From positions 1-48,510 of the forward strand of contig SLOM01000064.1 of assembly GCA_007132505.1 (NCBI GenBank): 48,510 nucleotides of DNA, in the 5' to 3' direction. This document shows, piece after piece, positions 47,504 to 48,510 of the stretch (position 1 is the first letter of the stretch; every line of letters begins with the position of its first letter). The notes under the pieces were generated by a model, which was not told where the DNA came from, ran no database searches, and saw nothing but the letters and a program-made list of their open reading frames with translations. The DNA is from Candidatus Sumerlaeota bacterium. Lineage in GTDB: Bacteria > Sumerlaeota > Sumerlaeia > SLMS01. The position numbers and the translations under genes were made by a program.

Positions 47504-48118
47504 CTAGCCTTCTTCCGGCTCCTGCTCCGGCAGGGGCAGCTCCACCTTGGCGGCGGCCTGCTCCACGGCCTCCAGGAACTCCTCGCTCTCCGGACTGGTG
47601 CGGGAGCGGAAGCGGGCGACCATCGTGCCGTCAGGCGCGAGGATGAATTTCTCGAAATTCCAGCGCACTTCACCCGGCTCGATGGAATCCTCGCCGGTCA
47701 GGTGGCGGTATAGCGGGCTGATATCCTCCCCGCGAGTGTGCATCTTCGCCATCACGGGGAAGGTGACGGCGTAGTTTTCCTGGCAGAACTCGAGGATCTC
47801 CTCGTTGGTGCCGGGCTCCTGGCCGCCGTAGTCGTTGGAGGGGAAGGCCACCACGGCGACGCCGCGCGGGCCCCACTCACGATGGACTTTCTCCAGCCCG
47901 GCGTACTGGGGCGTGAATCCGCAGCGGGAGGCGCTGTTGACGACCACAACGGCACGGCCCGGGAAGGCCTCCGCAAGGGTGGTCTCTTCCCCGTCCATGG
48001 TTTCAAACGGTGTGGTCATCCACGGGAGCATTTCGCAGTACTCTCTCTCTCCGGCGGGGGTGGCAGCGGCGGCAAGCAGGGCCACGGCGGGCAGGGCAAG
48101 CATCAGGGGGAGCCGCAT
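47504..48118 (-). CDS. glutathione peroxidase (Cys-type) with signal peptide
   Basis: Signal peptide MRLPLMLALPAVALLAAAA. Contains VVVVNSASRCGFTPQY, FPSNDYGGQEPG and WNFEKF. Confidence 0.88.
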   Translation of the reverse strand: MRLPLMLALPAVALLAAAATPAGEREYCEMLPWMTTPFETMDGEETTLAEAFPGRAVVVVNSASRCGFTPQYAGLEKVHREWGPRGVAVVAFPSNDYGGQEPGTNEEILEFCQENYAVTFPVMAKMHTRGEDISPLYRHLTGEDSIEPGEVRWNFEKFILAPDGTMVARFRSRTSPESEEFLEAVEQAAAKVELPLPEQEPEEG

Positions 48119-48230
48119 GTAGGGTCAGCCTCCTTCAGGATGGGCATGCCAAGGGGAGAGCAAGGAATGGGCACAAGCACGAGGGCTTCTGCTTGCGGCG
48201 GCAGGCGGCAATGGACTTCCTGAGCGCACG

Positions 48231-48510
48231 ATGGCCACTTCTCCCGGCTCCGGCGGGCGCATGGTCCGGATTCACTACCACCGCTTCGACGGCGACTACG
48301 AGGGCGCGGGCCTGTGGGTCTGGGACGCTTCGGGGCGCACACACCCGGAGGGCCGGGAGCTCTTCCCGGCGGGCCAGTCGGACTTCGGTCCCTTCTTCGA
48401 GTTCGACCCCCGGGAGATCTGCTCCCACGAGGGGCCGCTCCGGGTGGGCTTCCTGCCCCGCCTGCGCGGTGACTGGAGCACCAAGGACGACGGGGACCGT
48501 TTCTGGACGC
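48231..48510 (+). CDS. 5' end of a pullulanase/glycogen-debranching-like glycoside hydrolase (partial, runs off the window end)
   Basis: Frame open from the ATG at 48231 to the window end. MVRIHYHRFDGDYEGAGLWVWD resembles the N-terminal carbohydrate-binding module repeat of pullulanases (-HYHR-DG-Y-GW-LW-W). Confidence 0.4.
   Translation, partial: MATSPGSGGRMVRIHYHRFDGDYEGAGLWVWDASGRTHPEGRELFPAGQSDFGPFFEFDPREICSHEGPLRVGFLPRLRGDWSTKDDGDRFWT

Noticed and set aside
47497-47506. Convergent stops of ORF 46708-47499 and gpx only 4 nt apart, with no terminator
   Set aside because: A real observation but not evidently functional. Tight convergent gene ends are common in compact GC-rich genomes. It is noted under the orphan-ORF finding instead.

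Overview
High-GC bacterial chromosomal window, roughly two-thirds G+C by eye. I saw no rRNA, tRNA, CRISPR array, transposase or integrase. The core (12.8-30.7 kb, minus strand) is one uninterrupted tuf + S10-spc-alpha ribosomal supercluster: tuf, rpsJ...rpsQ, rplN...rpmD, rplO, secY, adk, map, infA, rpmJ, rpsM, rpsK, rpsD, rpoA, rplQ. It is canonical except that rpsN (S14) is missing between rplE and rpsH, and no rpsL-rpsG-fusA lies upstream of tuf. The left flank (0-12.8 kb) holds housekeeping and envelope genes: a PilT tail, an alpha/beta hydrolase, an MqnA/MqnD-family protein, ZapB-like/ZapA, GlyRS, a GT2 polyprenyl-phosphate mannosyltransferase and GTP-PEPCK. It also holds an unusual pair directly downstream of rplQ: a full-length two-SIS GKRP/MurQ-like protein followed by a 3-hydroxyacyl-CoA-dehydrogenase-like protein lacking the catalytic His. 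The right flank (31-48.5 kb) is the accessory-looking part. It contains a DUF1015 gene bracketed by two ~460 bp GC-rich, hairpin-dense non-coding spacers. Next comes an envelope locus with a BamE-like lipoprotein, a large multidomain amidase-like protein and three tandem phosphodiester-glycosidase (NAGPA/DUF2233) genes, two of them ~2.4 kb paralogues. Beyond it lie a lower-GC islet with a reverse-order PIN toxin + 89-aa partner, a threonine dehydratase, two LolA-like/DUF2092 paralogues (one fused to a TlpA-type thioredoxin), an orphan ORF, a secreted glutathione peroxidase and the start of a pullulanase-like gene. I did not recognise any classical defence or mobile system. The most unusual items are the GKRP-like/degenerate-dehydrogenase pair, the triple phosphodiester-glycosidase locus, the reverse-order PIN pair and the two structured spacers. 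All family assignments come from reading the translations and need HMM or BLAST confirmation.
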